This document shows, piece by piece, positions 11,338 to 23,932 of a stretch of DNA of 64,000 nucleotides. The stretch spans positions 1 to 64,000 of the forward strand of contig JALMLS010000354.1 in NCBI GenBank assembly GCA_038496445.1. Direction: 5' to 3'. The notes under the pieces were generated by a model that made no database searches, was not told where the DNA came from, and was given only the letters and a program-made list of their open reading frames with translations. Each line of letters opens with the position of its first letter. Positions within the stretch are counted from its first letter, which is position 1. The DNA is from Trichosphaerium sp. ATCC 40318 (Eukaryota; Protista; Tubulinea). Made by a program: the position numbers and the translations under genes.

Positions 11338-13062
11338 ATGAGGTAAGGAGCTTTAACTACAAGAGATGTTTTAATAACGTTTTCTTAAAAGCGAACCAAA
11401 ATCAGACGACTACACAATAATTGCATTCGTAAACGGCAAGAGCGGCGGTAAACTCGGCTCAAAAGTGCTACAAAAGCTTTCAGAAGTATTGCCGTCAGAA
11501 AACGTCTATGATTTAATGGACGCACCAATTGGACCTGAAAAGGGGTACGAAGAGTGTTGGAACTGTTAAAAAATTAATGATGTTTTATCCAGGCTCAAAA
11601 AGTACAAAGATCTCTCTAAAGTAAAGATCATTGCTGCTGGAGGTGATGGTACAGTCGCTTGGATTTTATCCGCACTTGACAAAACAGGCGTCGACCCAGG
11701 TACCCATAATAAGCTTTCTCACGCATTGCCAACGCTAATAATGCATCATAGACAATTTTCCGATTGTAGGCGTACTCCCTCTTGGTACTGGTAACGATAT
11801 GTCCAGGATTCTCAAATGGGGTGGTAGTACGTCACGACAGAAGCCATTACAGCTTTGCACAATAAAATTAATGACGTCAGTTAACAAACCTGTTTAGGTT
11901 ACACCGGAGGTGATCTTAAATCCTTTATTACCAACGTCAAAGAGCATTCTATGCCAATTAGACTTGATAGATGGAAGGTAACGGCTATTCCTCTCAAAGA
12001 CCATGAAGTTGATTCAGATTGCGAAAGCTGTTCCGACGCTGGTACGCTTTTTGTTTGGCTTGTTTTGAAGTATTCTTATCATCGGAAATAATTAACTTTT
12101 GGTTTTGTAGAGAGCGATGCAAAGAAGAAAAAGGCCCCAAAAAAGAAGGAGGCCAAGAAGGACGCTAAAAAAGAGGGTGAAGAAGAACCAAAAGAATTAC
12201 ACCTTGTTTGCAACAACTACTTCAGCCTTGGTATTGGTGCTTCGATTATTAAGGATTATGAAGAGTTCAGGTACAATACAAACGAAAAGAAAAGAAGAAA
12301 AGACCAAATCTACAATTTTGTATTTATCGATCAAACCGCGTTTCAAAGACCTTGCAGCTTACTTTTATACTAGAAATAAGCACAAGGGTCTAGTTACCAA
12401 CCGTACTGTTGGTTTAGGTTGGTATGGCTTATTGAGCGTTAACCGCATGGTAAAGCCTCACTCGTCATTGAGAAAGATTGTTTCAGTACGTTTGAATAGT
12501 GTTTATTGGTTATTAAAGCGAGTAATAGGTGAAACTTGATGGAAAGGACTTGGCTATTCCAAAAGAAGTCCAAGAGTTTACTATCTTGAATATTCCTTCA
12601 TACATGGGTGGCGCAGACACCTGGGGAAAGTATAAAAATACGAAAGGTATAATTAAGCGCTATGAGCTCATATTTCCCCCCAACAGTCGCTCTGACATCC
12701 TATAGGACAAAAGAGCGAGCCTCGTATTAACGACAAGCAATTTGAGATTGTTGGCTTCAAAGGCGTTAGCCATCTTGGTCGCGTAAAGGCTGGTATCTCT
12801 GCATCTGGTGGTGTGCGTATTGGACAAGGACAAGTAGTTGAGATTACCAACCACCGTACACTAAATGCTCAGATTGATGGAGAACCTTTATTGTTACCTC
12901 CTTGCAAGGTACTTTTCAATTTTTTTTTTTTTTGCGTAGATACTCATGTTTACGCGTTAGATAACAATCGAACACCACAACCAAAGTAACATGTTGTTGA
13001 ACATGTCTGGCGGTACCAAGGACGAGAAATGGATGAAAAAACTCATTGGAGACCAACCATAA
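11338..13062 (+). CDS. DGK: Diacylglycerol kinase (catalytic plus accessory domains only), multi-exon
   Basis: Motifs FVNGKSGG, AAGGDGTVAW, LPLGTGNDMSRILKWG, NNYFSLG, LNIPSYMGG, QIDGEP. Confidence 0.93.
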
Positions 13063-13344
13063 GGATGTTCAATATGAACATTTAATAGACTTTATTTCAA
13101 TAAAAAAAATCCCAAAAAGGGAAATTAGAGTAGTCCATGGATTTAAAAATCAATCTTTCCAATCCGTTACTAGCGTGATGTAAACTGTCACGAGGCAACG
13201 CAAGAATCCAGTGCATTTAGGAATACAGGAATGACAGAAGAAATAGGCCAGGGAGAAAAATTGGGATATTGAAACACTTTTTGAGGAAAAACACCAAGCT
13301 GGCTTAAAGTCTCCTCTCAATTGCTATTACATGCCTGGGATGTA

Positions 13345-15642
13345 ATGCTGCGCTATGGCAGTCCCGTTACATGGTATAAACGGGTAAACAGTAGACGTAA
13401 AGGAAATGTATTTCCAAGTCAACCAAGAGCCTTCTACGCCTCTCATGACGCAGAAAAAGCTCTAATTTCGAGTGTAGGCATTGTTTTAGTTATTAGTTTT
13501 AATATGTTTAGCTAACAGCGAAATTAAATATCAAAAACCCTATAGAATGGTATAATGTATCTAAATCTGATATTTTGAGCGTTGGAGGAGCAAGTATACT
13601 CAGGTTGTCAACTCAAACGCTTATTCTCGAGTATAACATACCACAATAGCGTTCATAACAATTCCTTGGCGTCAATTTTATCCGTTGTACATCCAAAACA
13701 CGATTGGCACCCTTGGAAATTCCGTACGCTTGCTTCCTTTATATTTCATTCAGTGACAAGCAAAATAGGTGTTTGCACACCTGGATATTGGGAAGATGCC
13801 GAAAATATCCGATTATTTGCAAAACACGTGCGTACAAGTACTCAACAAAACAAGATTAATGTACAATAAAAGGTTATAAAAGAATACAATCTTCAGGCTT
13901 TATCAGGATGGTACAAGGTTAATTTAACTCAAATATACGATGCTGGAGGTCGCGCATTAATAACTCAGTACGTTGCTGGTCATATAGCTTGCCAGCTTAT
14001 GTTCTTTTAAGGCATTATCGAGGTTGTTTGTACTCGTTAGTATGTGACATTTACCCAGATAGTGAATGGCACATTTGGAAGTTTCGTATGAATTAGTACC
14101 TACCACAATCTTGGTTCTGATAGCTCTTTTGTTCAGGAACTACTAAAGCTTCTGTGTTTAAACGCAAGGATACTATTGTTGATTTTATTAAAGATGTAAG
14201 GTATTATAATTTATTTTTTCAAGTTTGATTGTTTTATTTTTTTATTCATTTGTGCGGTTTTTCTTTAGGCTGAATTGCAGCTTCACATACAAGATATTTC
14301 TGATTGGCGTAGAATTGAGTACAAAGATATTGTAGGTATTCACGGTGGTCATTTATTGAAGTAAGCTCACAATTACTTGGTTGTTTTATTTACTGTTTTT
14401 TTATTAAGGCACTTTAATAATTCTCTTGAAGACGTTCTTGCAATAGTTTACCCTGAGTTTCACTGGCCTCAACGTCAACCTTGTACGATTAAATTGTATA
14501 TCGTTGCACCACTAAAATAACTTTCAAAGTGACTTATACTGGCTTGGACAACTATGTCATTAATTTCATGGAAGATGTACTCAAAATTTTTGATGAAATT
14601 TATAAGTATTCCTTCATGCTGAAATAGTACTTCTAGGCGAGTAAATTATGGCGTGTTTGTATGCTATCTGATTGGTACAATATCACTACACAACATTTTA
14701 GTGAGTTGCGTGGTGTAGGAGTACTGAAGTACGCTCTAATTGTTTTAACAGTTTTTTGTAAGCATACTCATTCAACTAGTCGCTTTGGTGGATCTTTACA
14801 AGAGTTGCTTACTTGCATGTTCCCAGACTATGAGTGGATCCCATGGAACTTTGGTAATACATTAATAACCATATTTCAAAAAACAGATGTAAGCGGGCTC
14901 CTCTGTTGACACGTTTTTAGGTCGAGTACAAAGAAATTTTTGGGAACAACTAGAAAATCAACAGCACTTCATCAGAACGGTAATTAATCAAAGTAACTAG
15001 TGTCTAATGTTCTCAAAGGTTGAAAGCAAGTGTAAAGTACGTTATCTCGATGATTGGCATCACGTGAGCATCAATACAGTACGAGAAATTGGAGGTTCTG
15101 CATTACTAAAGTGCGTGGTTTTTTTTTTTCGGTTAGGCTCTTGTTTCTCTCTTGTGCCCTTTATACAAGCCTAACAACAAAGATTAGTGCGTCAGGCGGT
15201 TCGCTGTATAAATTACTTCAAACGGTATACCCTGACTATGATTGGCTTGTTAAGAACTTCAAAAAGCCTCCAAATTTTTGGCTTAAGAGGCGTAATATCA
15301 GATGGTTCTTGGGTACATTAAAGCCAAAATTACGTATTAAAACAGAATCTGACTGGTATCGTGTTTCAAATAATCAACTAGCATTACATGGAGGTAGCGG
15401 GTTATCAGCTCATTGGCCTCAGGCGTTGTTAAAGGCATACCCTCATTTTGATTGGAGATTAGAACAATTTGTAGGTATAGATAGGCGTGCTGTTCAAAGG
15501 TACGCTTCATAAGACAAGCACACTGCGTTAGAAGTCTTTTTTTTTCAGTGGACAGCGTTGATGACTAACTTTGCTTTTTTGTTTTATTAGATTGCTTGTG
15601 TTGCTTACAGGCGAGTTATTTCGCCAGCAGACTTCTTTGTAG
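13345..15642 (+). CDS. DWY/YP-W tandem-repeat protein, paralogue A (6 repeat units, no nuclease domain), many exons
   Basis: Spliced repeats such as EWYNVSKSDILSVGGASIL-SVHNNSLASILSVVHPKHDWHPWKF-RVCTPGYWEDAENIRLF. Arg-rich N-terminus. Ends DRRAVQR-LLVLLTGELFRQQTSL*. Confidence 0.8.
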
Positions 15643-15904
15643 CTTGTTTAACAAACGTTACCAAAAAAATGTACCATAAAACTGTTGTACTTTCTATGAA
15701 TTAGTATAGCGTTAAACTGGCTCAATACGCTTGTTATGCGTTCATTCCCAAAAAACAAAAAAACTGTTATTCGGTTGTTTTCGCGTTACATTTATCGTTT
15801 AATGTAACGAGAAGCTTATAACGTAGCATGGCGGGTGACTAAAAAGATATTGTACTTTGTTTGACCTGTAGTTTGCTTTGTACTCGCCTCAGACTCTACA
15901 AAGC

Positions 15905-18900
15905 ATGGCATCGTCTTGTTCGCGCGTCATATTACTGCTAGTGGTATTTGTGCTCACGCTCAACGTTGTTTCGGCTCAAGATGTTACTGCTGCTCCAACG
16001 ACCTTAGTGCCAACCACAGCAGCACCTACAACTGAAGTACCAACCACAGAAGCCCCTACAACCGAAGCGCCAACTACTGAAGCGCCAACCACCGAAGTGC
16101 CTACAACTGAAGCGCCAACCACTGAAGTGCCAACCACAGAAGCACCTACAACCGAAACGCCCACTACTGAAGCGCCCACAACTGAAATGCCAACCACTGA
16201 AGCGCCTACAACCGAAGCGCCAACAACTGAAGTGCCAACCACTGAAGCCCCTACAACCGAAGCGCCAACAACTGAAGTGCCAACCACCGAAGCGCCATCA
16301 AGCGAAGCGCCAACTACTGAAGTACCAAGCACAGAAGCACCAACTGTGCCAACAACTGAAGTGCCTACAACCGAAGTGCCAACCACCGAGGTGCCAACAA
16401 CTGAAGCCCCAACAACCGAAGCGCCAACTACTGAAGCGCCCACCACTGAAGTGCCTACAACTGAAGCCCCTACAACTGAAGCTCCTACAACCGAAATGCC
16501 AACTACTGAAATGCCGACTGTATCTCCTACAACTGAGGCTCCAGTACCTCTACCAGACATCGAAGTAGCTTTTTCTATTGCGTTAATCCCTTTTCTTGGC
16601 TTGAACACTTCTCATGTCCTCGAAAACCCTTCCATCGCTTCAGGACGGATCGCTAATCAAGTAAGTCTATTCAACGAAAAGTAAAACAACTCTAACTAAA
16701 TTGATTACAGGAATACTTTGTTATGGCTTGTCAAGAACGTATTGACGCTAGCACCAATGACATTTTGGTCGTTGTTTTTACAAAACAAGGTACATCTTAG
16801 TAAGCAACTACTGGCCACTTTAGCTTACCATGTATTTGTTGTAAAGGTCTGGCAATTGGTGATGTACAAAAGTTTACATTAGATAATGGTGTAGCACCAA
16901 GCGTGTTGTTCTCTGGAGATGAGACAATGGAGTTTGTTGTAGTTTACAAGACTGATGAGAAAGTTGCTGGAAAGACAAGAGTTCATGCTCAATTTTTAAA
17001 TCTAGCACAGAATGGACAGGTGATTATTATTACTCATGCTTTGGGTTTGTGCTGACGATTTTTTTATAAGGGTCTAAATATAACAGAAAATGTTGTTGTT
17101 CACGAAGGTGATGACGACTCAGCACATGCACCAAAGGTCGCATATGATTTTGGTTAGTTTTTTTTCAATTTTTTTTCTTCGGCTTTTCAAGTTTGGTTGG
17201 ACTACTAATATTCTCGTTACCTTAGTTAATAACGCGTACCTTGTTTACTACCGTGTTAATACTGCTGGTGGTTCATTCGAAGATGGCTTTGTATTTATTG
17301 ATGCTGCTACAAAAGCAGCAAATTCCTCGGGATCTTTCTGTACGTAAATTAACTAGTCGTTATTATATGTTGACATAATTTCTTCAAAGTGACTACTGGA
17401 CAAAGAGAAGAACATGCTCAACTTACATATGGTGGAGAAGAATGTGAATGCTTCTTGGTCGCTTGGCCAGCTGAATTTGACATGCTTTATGTTACAATCA
17501 AAGCACCTAGCTCGGTATTTGTTTTTTAATTTTTCTTCGGCAGGGCAATTGCCCTTTCCATGTTTTAATGTTTCTTACATTTCTTAAGAACACACCTGAA
17601 GCTTCGTTGAACATTGGACATGAAGCATTCGTAGCTGCAGCAGCATATCACCCAGTCAGCAAGAATGTTGTCGTAATCACTGCATCAAGAGATGAGAATA
17701 CCGCAGGTGTTCTTGCAGAGAGCTATTTCGTCTCCACTACATCTGAAGTATCCTATGAGATACAAGGAGAGAATAAGACCATTCATAATGGAGCAGTTAC
17801 TAATAGTAACTATGCTTTGGATTTAATTCCAATCGCTACAAGAGAAAATGCATTCTTGTCTTGCTATGCTGATTCTGATAGTCCTAGTCGTGTATACGTT
17901 ACATCTTTTGACACTTCAACAACTACTGAGTTGAATATAACCACTGCTGATGTCACACCAAAGTCAGTTAATGTGGCCATTGATAGTACATCCACTGATA
18001 TATGTGTAAGTCATTTTTTTAAAAAAAACCAGCTTAATATCTTTCAGTTCGACTTATTAATTGCGTTAGGTTACTTATGGTAGCGATAGCAAGGTTTTCT
18101 TGCAATTTTTGACAGCATCAGAAGTGACTCAGTTACTACCTGCAGTACCAACTGTAGCGCCTACTACTGTAGCTCCTACCCCTGAACCAACACCAGCGCC
18201 TACAACCGAAGCGCCTACTACCGAAGCGCCTACTACTGAGATACCAACATCAGAAGCTCCTACAACTGAAGCGCCAACATCAGCAGCACCTACAACCGAA
18301 GCGCCTACTACTGAAGCGCCTACACCTGAACCTAGTGTAGCTCCATCAACAACTTCTCCAACAACAGTTATCCCAACAACAGCTGCGCCTGTCGTTCCAA
18401 CAACAGCAGGTCCAACCATGCCATTCCTTCACATCGTATGATCTTTAACAAACACTTCTTGTTCTTGCTAATATTGTTATTGTAGGGTCTGATCCGTCTT
18501 TCTTTGGATCAAACTGAGTTTTTGACAAACGATGAAATCCTTAGGGAACTGAGACTTGGTATACAAACAGTCACACCTCTTCGTGTGGCTGGTATATCTC
18601 CATCTTCTAAACGTCAAGTTTCTAATGGAATTGATGTTTCATTGACTTCGTTTGATGTTTTATCAAGAGATTTTCATGGTATTCTCTGCAACCAGAATGC
18701 TATCTCACGCATTAATCACCTGATGGCCAAAATTAACATTAAACGTTGTGGAAGCCTTATATTTACTCCAGTATCTCCACCTGTTGAGCCATCAAGCGCT
18801 ACTGGAGTACCAATATCTCGAAGAGACTTTCCAGTTTTCCCTATTCTTCTAGGAGGTACGATTTGATTTGGTTTTTACGACTTTAGTTGGCTGTTCAACA

Positions 18901-19196
18901 GCCCTTATTTCGTGTTATTATTAACACTTTTCCTAGTCCTTGGTGTTGTCGCTTTAGCTACTATTATTTATGTTGTTTGTATCACACTGAGGAAGAAGAA
19001 AAACAAGAGCAGGATGCCGGATATTGAGATGAATCATATTGACATGTCAACAAACGCTGAGCTTCCAGTTGACAGCACTGATTCTTCTGATGATGATGAT
19101 ATCCGCGAAGCTGCAAGTGAAGATAGTGGTTCTAGTGGTGAAGACGAAGAAGATTACTCTAGCGATGAAGGAAGTGACTTTGATGTCAGAGCTTAA
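15905..19196 (+). CDS. Type I membrane mucin-like protein: PTTE repeats, central beta-rich domain, TM helix, acidic tail (multi-exon)
   Basis: Signal peptide; two PTTE(A/V) arrays; TM ...GGVLGVVALATIIYVVCITL followed by RKKKNK; D/E/S-rich tail. Confidence 0.85.
16010..16540 (+). repeat. Coding 15-bp tandem repeat (PTTEA/PTTEV)
   Basis: About 35 degenerate units of CCnACnACyGAAGyn. A shorter array lies at about 18190-18330. Confidence 0.95.
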
Positions 19197-19355
19197 AAAC
19201 TCAAAATAATAAAACCAAAATTTTCTACAAACATCAAAACCTATTTATTATGCTGCAAGATTTTGTTCGCTGTTGGGACAAGAAAGTCGTTGTTGGTCTT
19301 CCTTGTCCACTTTGAATAGAATTAAAATAACCACTCCAAACGCGCACTGTTGCTC

Positions 19356-20245
19356 ATGGCGACGCGTGTTGGGGTCGTAATTGCATTTTTGTGCACTGTT
19401 GTAAGTGTTTGGGCTGAACCTGAGAAATTATGCTTTGAAACATTAGCTTTAAAGTTTAAATACGCCAATAACGATGATTTGGATTTTTTCTACAACAGGT
19501 GTTCCTTACGGAGCAGAGAGTTCTGTTTTAATATTCCACAAGCGTATAAAGAATCCGTGAGTGGCTCATACGACATAACAGCAATTCCTCGCCAAGAACC
19601 TGAAGATTCCTTCACAGCGACGTAATAACAGCATCAATACATCCACCACAATTTTAATGCATAACAGCGAGTTAATCAACATGCCGAAGAACAGTCACAT
19701 AGTAAAACACGTCTGCTATTTAAGCAACACAGACGACCTTACAGTGACACGTACAGAGAAGTTCTTACTACAGATGGAGGATATAGCCATAACAACCAAA
19801 GAAAACGAAGGTAACGCTTAAGGAAAAAAAAAAGCAAAATCTCATTCGTTTTCTCTGTTTTGATGTTGCTCTAGATTGCTCTGTATCTATTGCAGACTGG
19901 TCATTCACATCTTATGGTGCTAGGCCCACCCGTTTAAATGCGTATGAATACACTAAAACGTAGAAAATACGTTAAACTGACATTTTATATTCAGTGAAGA
20001 AATTGAGAAAGTGTCAAAATCATTACAAGATTCTCTCACTCAACAACTTGCAGGTACGTTTCTTCTACTTACTTAATAAATGTATTAACTAAATCTACTC
20101 TTCAGAACACTTATGTATAACCTCTTCGGAAACAGAGGAACCTGAAGGTATTATAGAAGAAGTTCCTGACTCTGCGATAGATTCACTTCGCTCCGAGCTT
20201 CGACGTGCAAGTGATGAGCTTAAAAAAAGTAAATCAAGAACTTGA
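19356..20245 (+). CDS. Secreted hypothetical protein (multi-exon)
   Basis: Signal MATRVGVVIAFLCTVVSVWA; splice-consistent exons ending ...LRRASDELKKSKSRT*. Confidence 0.6.
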
Positions 20246-21988
20246 TTAAAGTCAGTTTTTGTACAGGAACTAAAACACAATCTACGCCAGTATGTATAAA
20301 ATTGTACACGTGACATTAAAAAAAAAAACGTGATTAAATTCGAAGTTTTCTCTTTTGCTTTTTGAATGAATACACCGTGTCTTTACTACATAACCAAGCA
20401 GTAGTGAGGTTCTAGAAAAAGGTAGCGAAAATGTTGGTACGACAGGGAATACCAGGGTTTTCGGTTTTTAAGGAGTTTTGCAATTGTGGTTTTACACGCT
20501 TTAAATTGCTAATCTGAGTATTTCGTATACTTCCGGAGTGGCGTACCTAAAGCTAGTAAGATAGGTTGTGAATTTGACTATGTTATTCCAATATGGCGCT
20601 AATTTGCTGGTTATTCTAAGTGGTTAATGCCACGGGAACAAATAAGCGTCTTCAGCTTGCAACACTACAAAAAAACTAACGTTTACAATTTCGGTAACAC
20701 CGGTATCCGGGGTTATTTTGGTTAATAAATAAAGCAAGAAATAGTACTAAACGCCTAAATGTTGACATACGAACTCACAAAGAGTTTGCCCTGACTGAGA
20801 TTTGTAATGTGACTGAACGCCAATTTTTGTTGTAGTGTGAAGAACTTACGTAGAACGGGGTGCTATAGCCGACAAGTTTTAATTCTCCGAGTTGTTACGA
20901 GCCACTCTTCAGTTGAGATATACTTTTTACACCATTTAATTGATTGACTAGCTGTGTTACCATGTCGCGACAAAGTGGAACGCAAACCTAGATTTCATTG
21001 AATTGTTTCTGTACAAAGGTGCTCTGTTTGGATCAAGCTTGAGAGCTTAAATATACCATGTAGGCAGTATATTTTGACTTTTCTCAGTATTTATTTCCTA
21101 GTTATCTCAGGTTGGAACAAGCAATACCGAATGTGATTGTGCTTTCATTTTTTTTTTTTGTAGTCTTTGACGTCTACTCACCGGAGTCAAATTAGTAAAT
21201 GACAAACTCCATCTTTTCTTGATTTTTTAGTTTGTATTGAACTATTACTATAACGGATTACAATAACAATAAAAAAAACAGGTCTGGATTTAGAAAGAAA
21301 TTTTAACAAAAAATCACGTGTACGAAAACTATGTTGAGAAAAACGGATCAAATACATCCCAGAAAGCTTGATACAATTATGTTTCCTCATTTTTGGCAGT
21401 GTTGGGTGTTTTGCAGTTTTTTTGTAGTGTTTATACTGTCTCACTATTCAACATCGCGTCATCGAATACTACACGGTCGTCCAAAACAGTAGAGACGAGT
21501 AATAAGAAAGAAAAAAAAACTATCACTAGTTTTTAATAAGAATAATCTCGTTTAACACATGGCGACATTTGTTACTTTGTGATCATGACGCAAACTAGTT
21601 TTAATGGTTTATAGACATTTAATTATGAGGACTATCTCTTTTAAAAATAGAAGGCTAAGATAAAGTGAACACAGTCATTATAAAAATGAAAAGGGGAGCT
21701 CCCATTTGTCCCCAAAACCCAAAAAAACCTCGCGTTTTAATCAGAATTATGTAATGTAGTAAGTGGACAATAGAAATTATACAATGACTTGCGATTGTTA
21801 GTTACGTTATTTGGCTACAACACAAAAAAAAAGAGACGTTCAAACTACTTTTTTATTCAGAATTACGACGTTACCAATGTAGTATCAAATACGTCACGAT
21901 TTTTATTAAAAAACACGTGCTCGTCAACAGCGTTTTATTCTAAACGAAAAACTCGCCAACGAGCAGGTCACGCATAGTATATCTTCAC

Positions 21989-23238
21989 ATGTCTACATAT
22001 CATTTAATGGAGAATAAAACAAGGACAAAGTTTCCAGGATTTTATCCGGGTAAAATCACATTGTGAAGTATTAACAGCAAAAGTGTCCAAAATGACGTCA
22101 GGTGCGCATCTTCGTTCTTGATTAATTTTACAATATAGCGACTATACGTATACAACTGGCGATAAACTCCGACTCTAAGCCAGTAGAACCGACTCACAAT
22201 CAAAAACAATACTGCATTCTCATCAACAACGCTCATTCGACCTTAAACAATACAGTGATGACCACTTGGCATAATACTACCTCAACACAACAAATCAACC
22301 AATACGTATGTAGTTTAACTGATTACCTGCGACGCTGTTAACAACAAATATAGAAGCCCACCTTCAATGTGCGTATGGCTGTATCCGCGCCAGTATCGTA
22401 CAATAAACCAACACCAGTGTACAAATACTTGAAGGGGCAATGGAGGCCACGTGAATGGAGAATCGGGTTCGACGGTTTACAATACAATGCGACGCGATAT
22501 GAGGTTGCTGATATGGTACATACCCGAAGCTCTTCACAAGTCAGAACTCATTACCAGAAAGTAAAATACAAAGGTACCAACTGACTCTCACTTTATTTCC
22601 TCTAAACGATGTTGCGTTAATAGGAAGAGTTAACTGTTTCTACCTTGCTTCTGTCGGAATATTTGTTCCTCAAGTCGTAGATGAGGTGAGATACCATTTC
22701 GTAGCGTTCGGAACTTATTTTGTTGTAGCATGACAAAGCTATGATGTCTCTTGATCACAATGCATTACCGTTACCAAAATGTCACGGTCCGTTTTCAACC
22801 AGAGAGACGTGGCTAGCTGTTAGGGCGTTATTCCAGTGGGGGTTACGACCAGAAAAAATAGCATGGTGTATGGGGACACGAAGAACGGACGATGTTATAG
22901 CTGTATTGCCTTTATTGGAGGTCCGGGCTTTTTTCTTTTTTTTTTTATTAAACCGTTTGTTAATCACATGATATTGAACTAACATAACGTAGACGTTGGC
23001 AAATGCTCATGGGTTCAAACACTCAAGAAGATCTTTACGTCTTAAACACAAGCGTTGGTATTGTCCTCCCCAAACAACAATAGAATTGGAGAAACCACCA
23101 ACACAATGTAAATCTCCGAGAAGTCAACCACAGCGGAAGCAGATATTTACTACCTCTAAACCGTATTCACCTACAAATCCGCCTCCCAGTTTGTTTCCTA
23201 GGGTGAATCCTGTACCAGAAATCTCATGGCTAGTGTAA
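21989..23238 (+). CDS. Myb/SANT-domain protein (SHAQKYF-like plus a degenerate second repeat), multi-exon
   Basis: KGQWRPREW...VADMVHTRSSSQVRTHYQK and GPFSTRETW...IAWCMGTRRTDDV. Confidence 0.7.
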
Positions 23239-23932
23239 AATAGAATAAAAATAAAACACCAGTGAACATTCATGAATCTATTTTCATGAACAGTTAAATG
23301 CCATTTTGGTCCTAGAATAAGAATTAATTTAGCTTGTATACTAACGGAGGAAAACAAGTATGCAGATTGTTATCTGCAATAAATGGAACACTAAGAATGT
23401 ATATTTACGGTTATTCATTTGAACTATTGCTTATTGATACTTCATCTAACAATACCAGATTGATGCAGATCAGCATCGAACGAGGCCAAGGTAATGGTGT
23501 TCATGGTGTATAGTGGTAGCCGTACAACATATCAGTTTAAAATGCTTGATATTTGAAGGGATTTTGTCTTTAATTTTATTGGGCTTACATCGACTTGAAG
23601 CTCTCTTAGGATACTTTAACGACGCCAACTAGTGCTGATCGTAACCGTGAGGTTGTGATTCTCCCCAAAGGATCGTGGCCATACCTGAAATTCGCGATAT
23701 TTGATGTTAATAACAGCGACGCGTTTGTATAATATGACAAAGGACGTCATAGCCTCCAGCATATATTGAAGCCAAACTTTGTGTAATAAAACAAGCAATT
23801 TCACGTGCTGTTTGATTGGTAGTTTAGTTATAAGCATAACGTTGTGGGCTAAAGCTAGAGTCTACACTTCATGTTGGAACAAGATTGTTTATTTCCGAGC
23901 GATTAATCTACAAAAGTTGTCACCTTTACAGC

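Noticed and set aside
15976-16608. Long minus-strand ORFs of VVGAS repeats (also 5650-5985 and 18129-18419)
   Set aside because: Antisense shadows of the PTTE coding repeats.
20300-21900. Long intergenic stretch as a possible ncRNA or transposon
   Set aside because: No tRNA cloverleaf, TIR pair or coding signal that I could support by eye.
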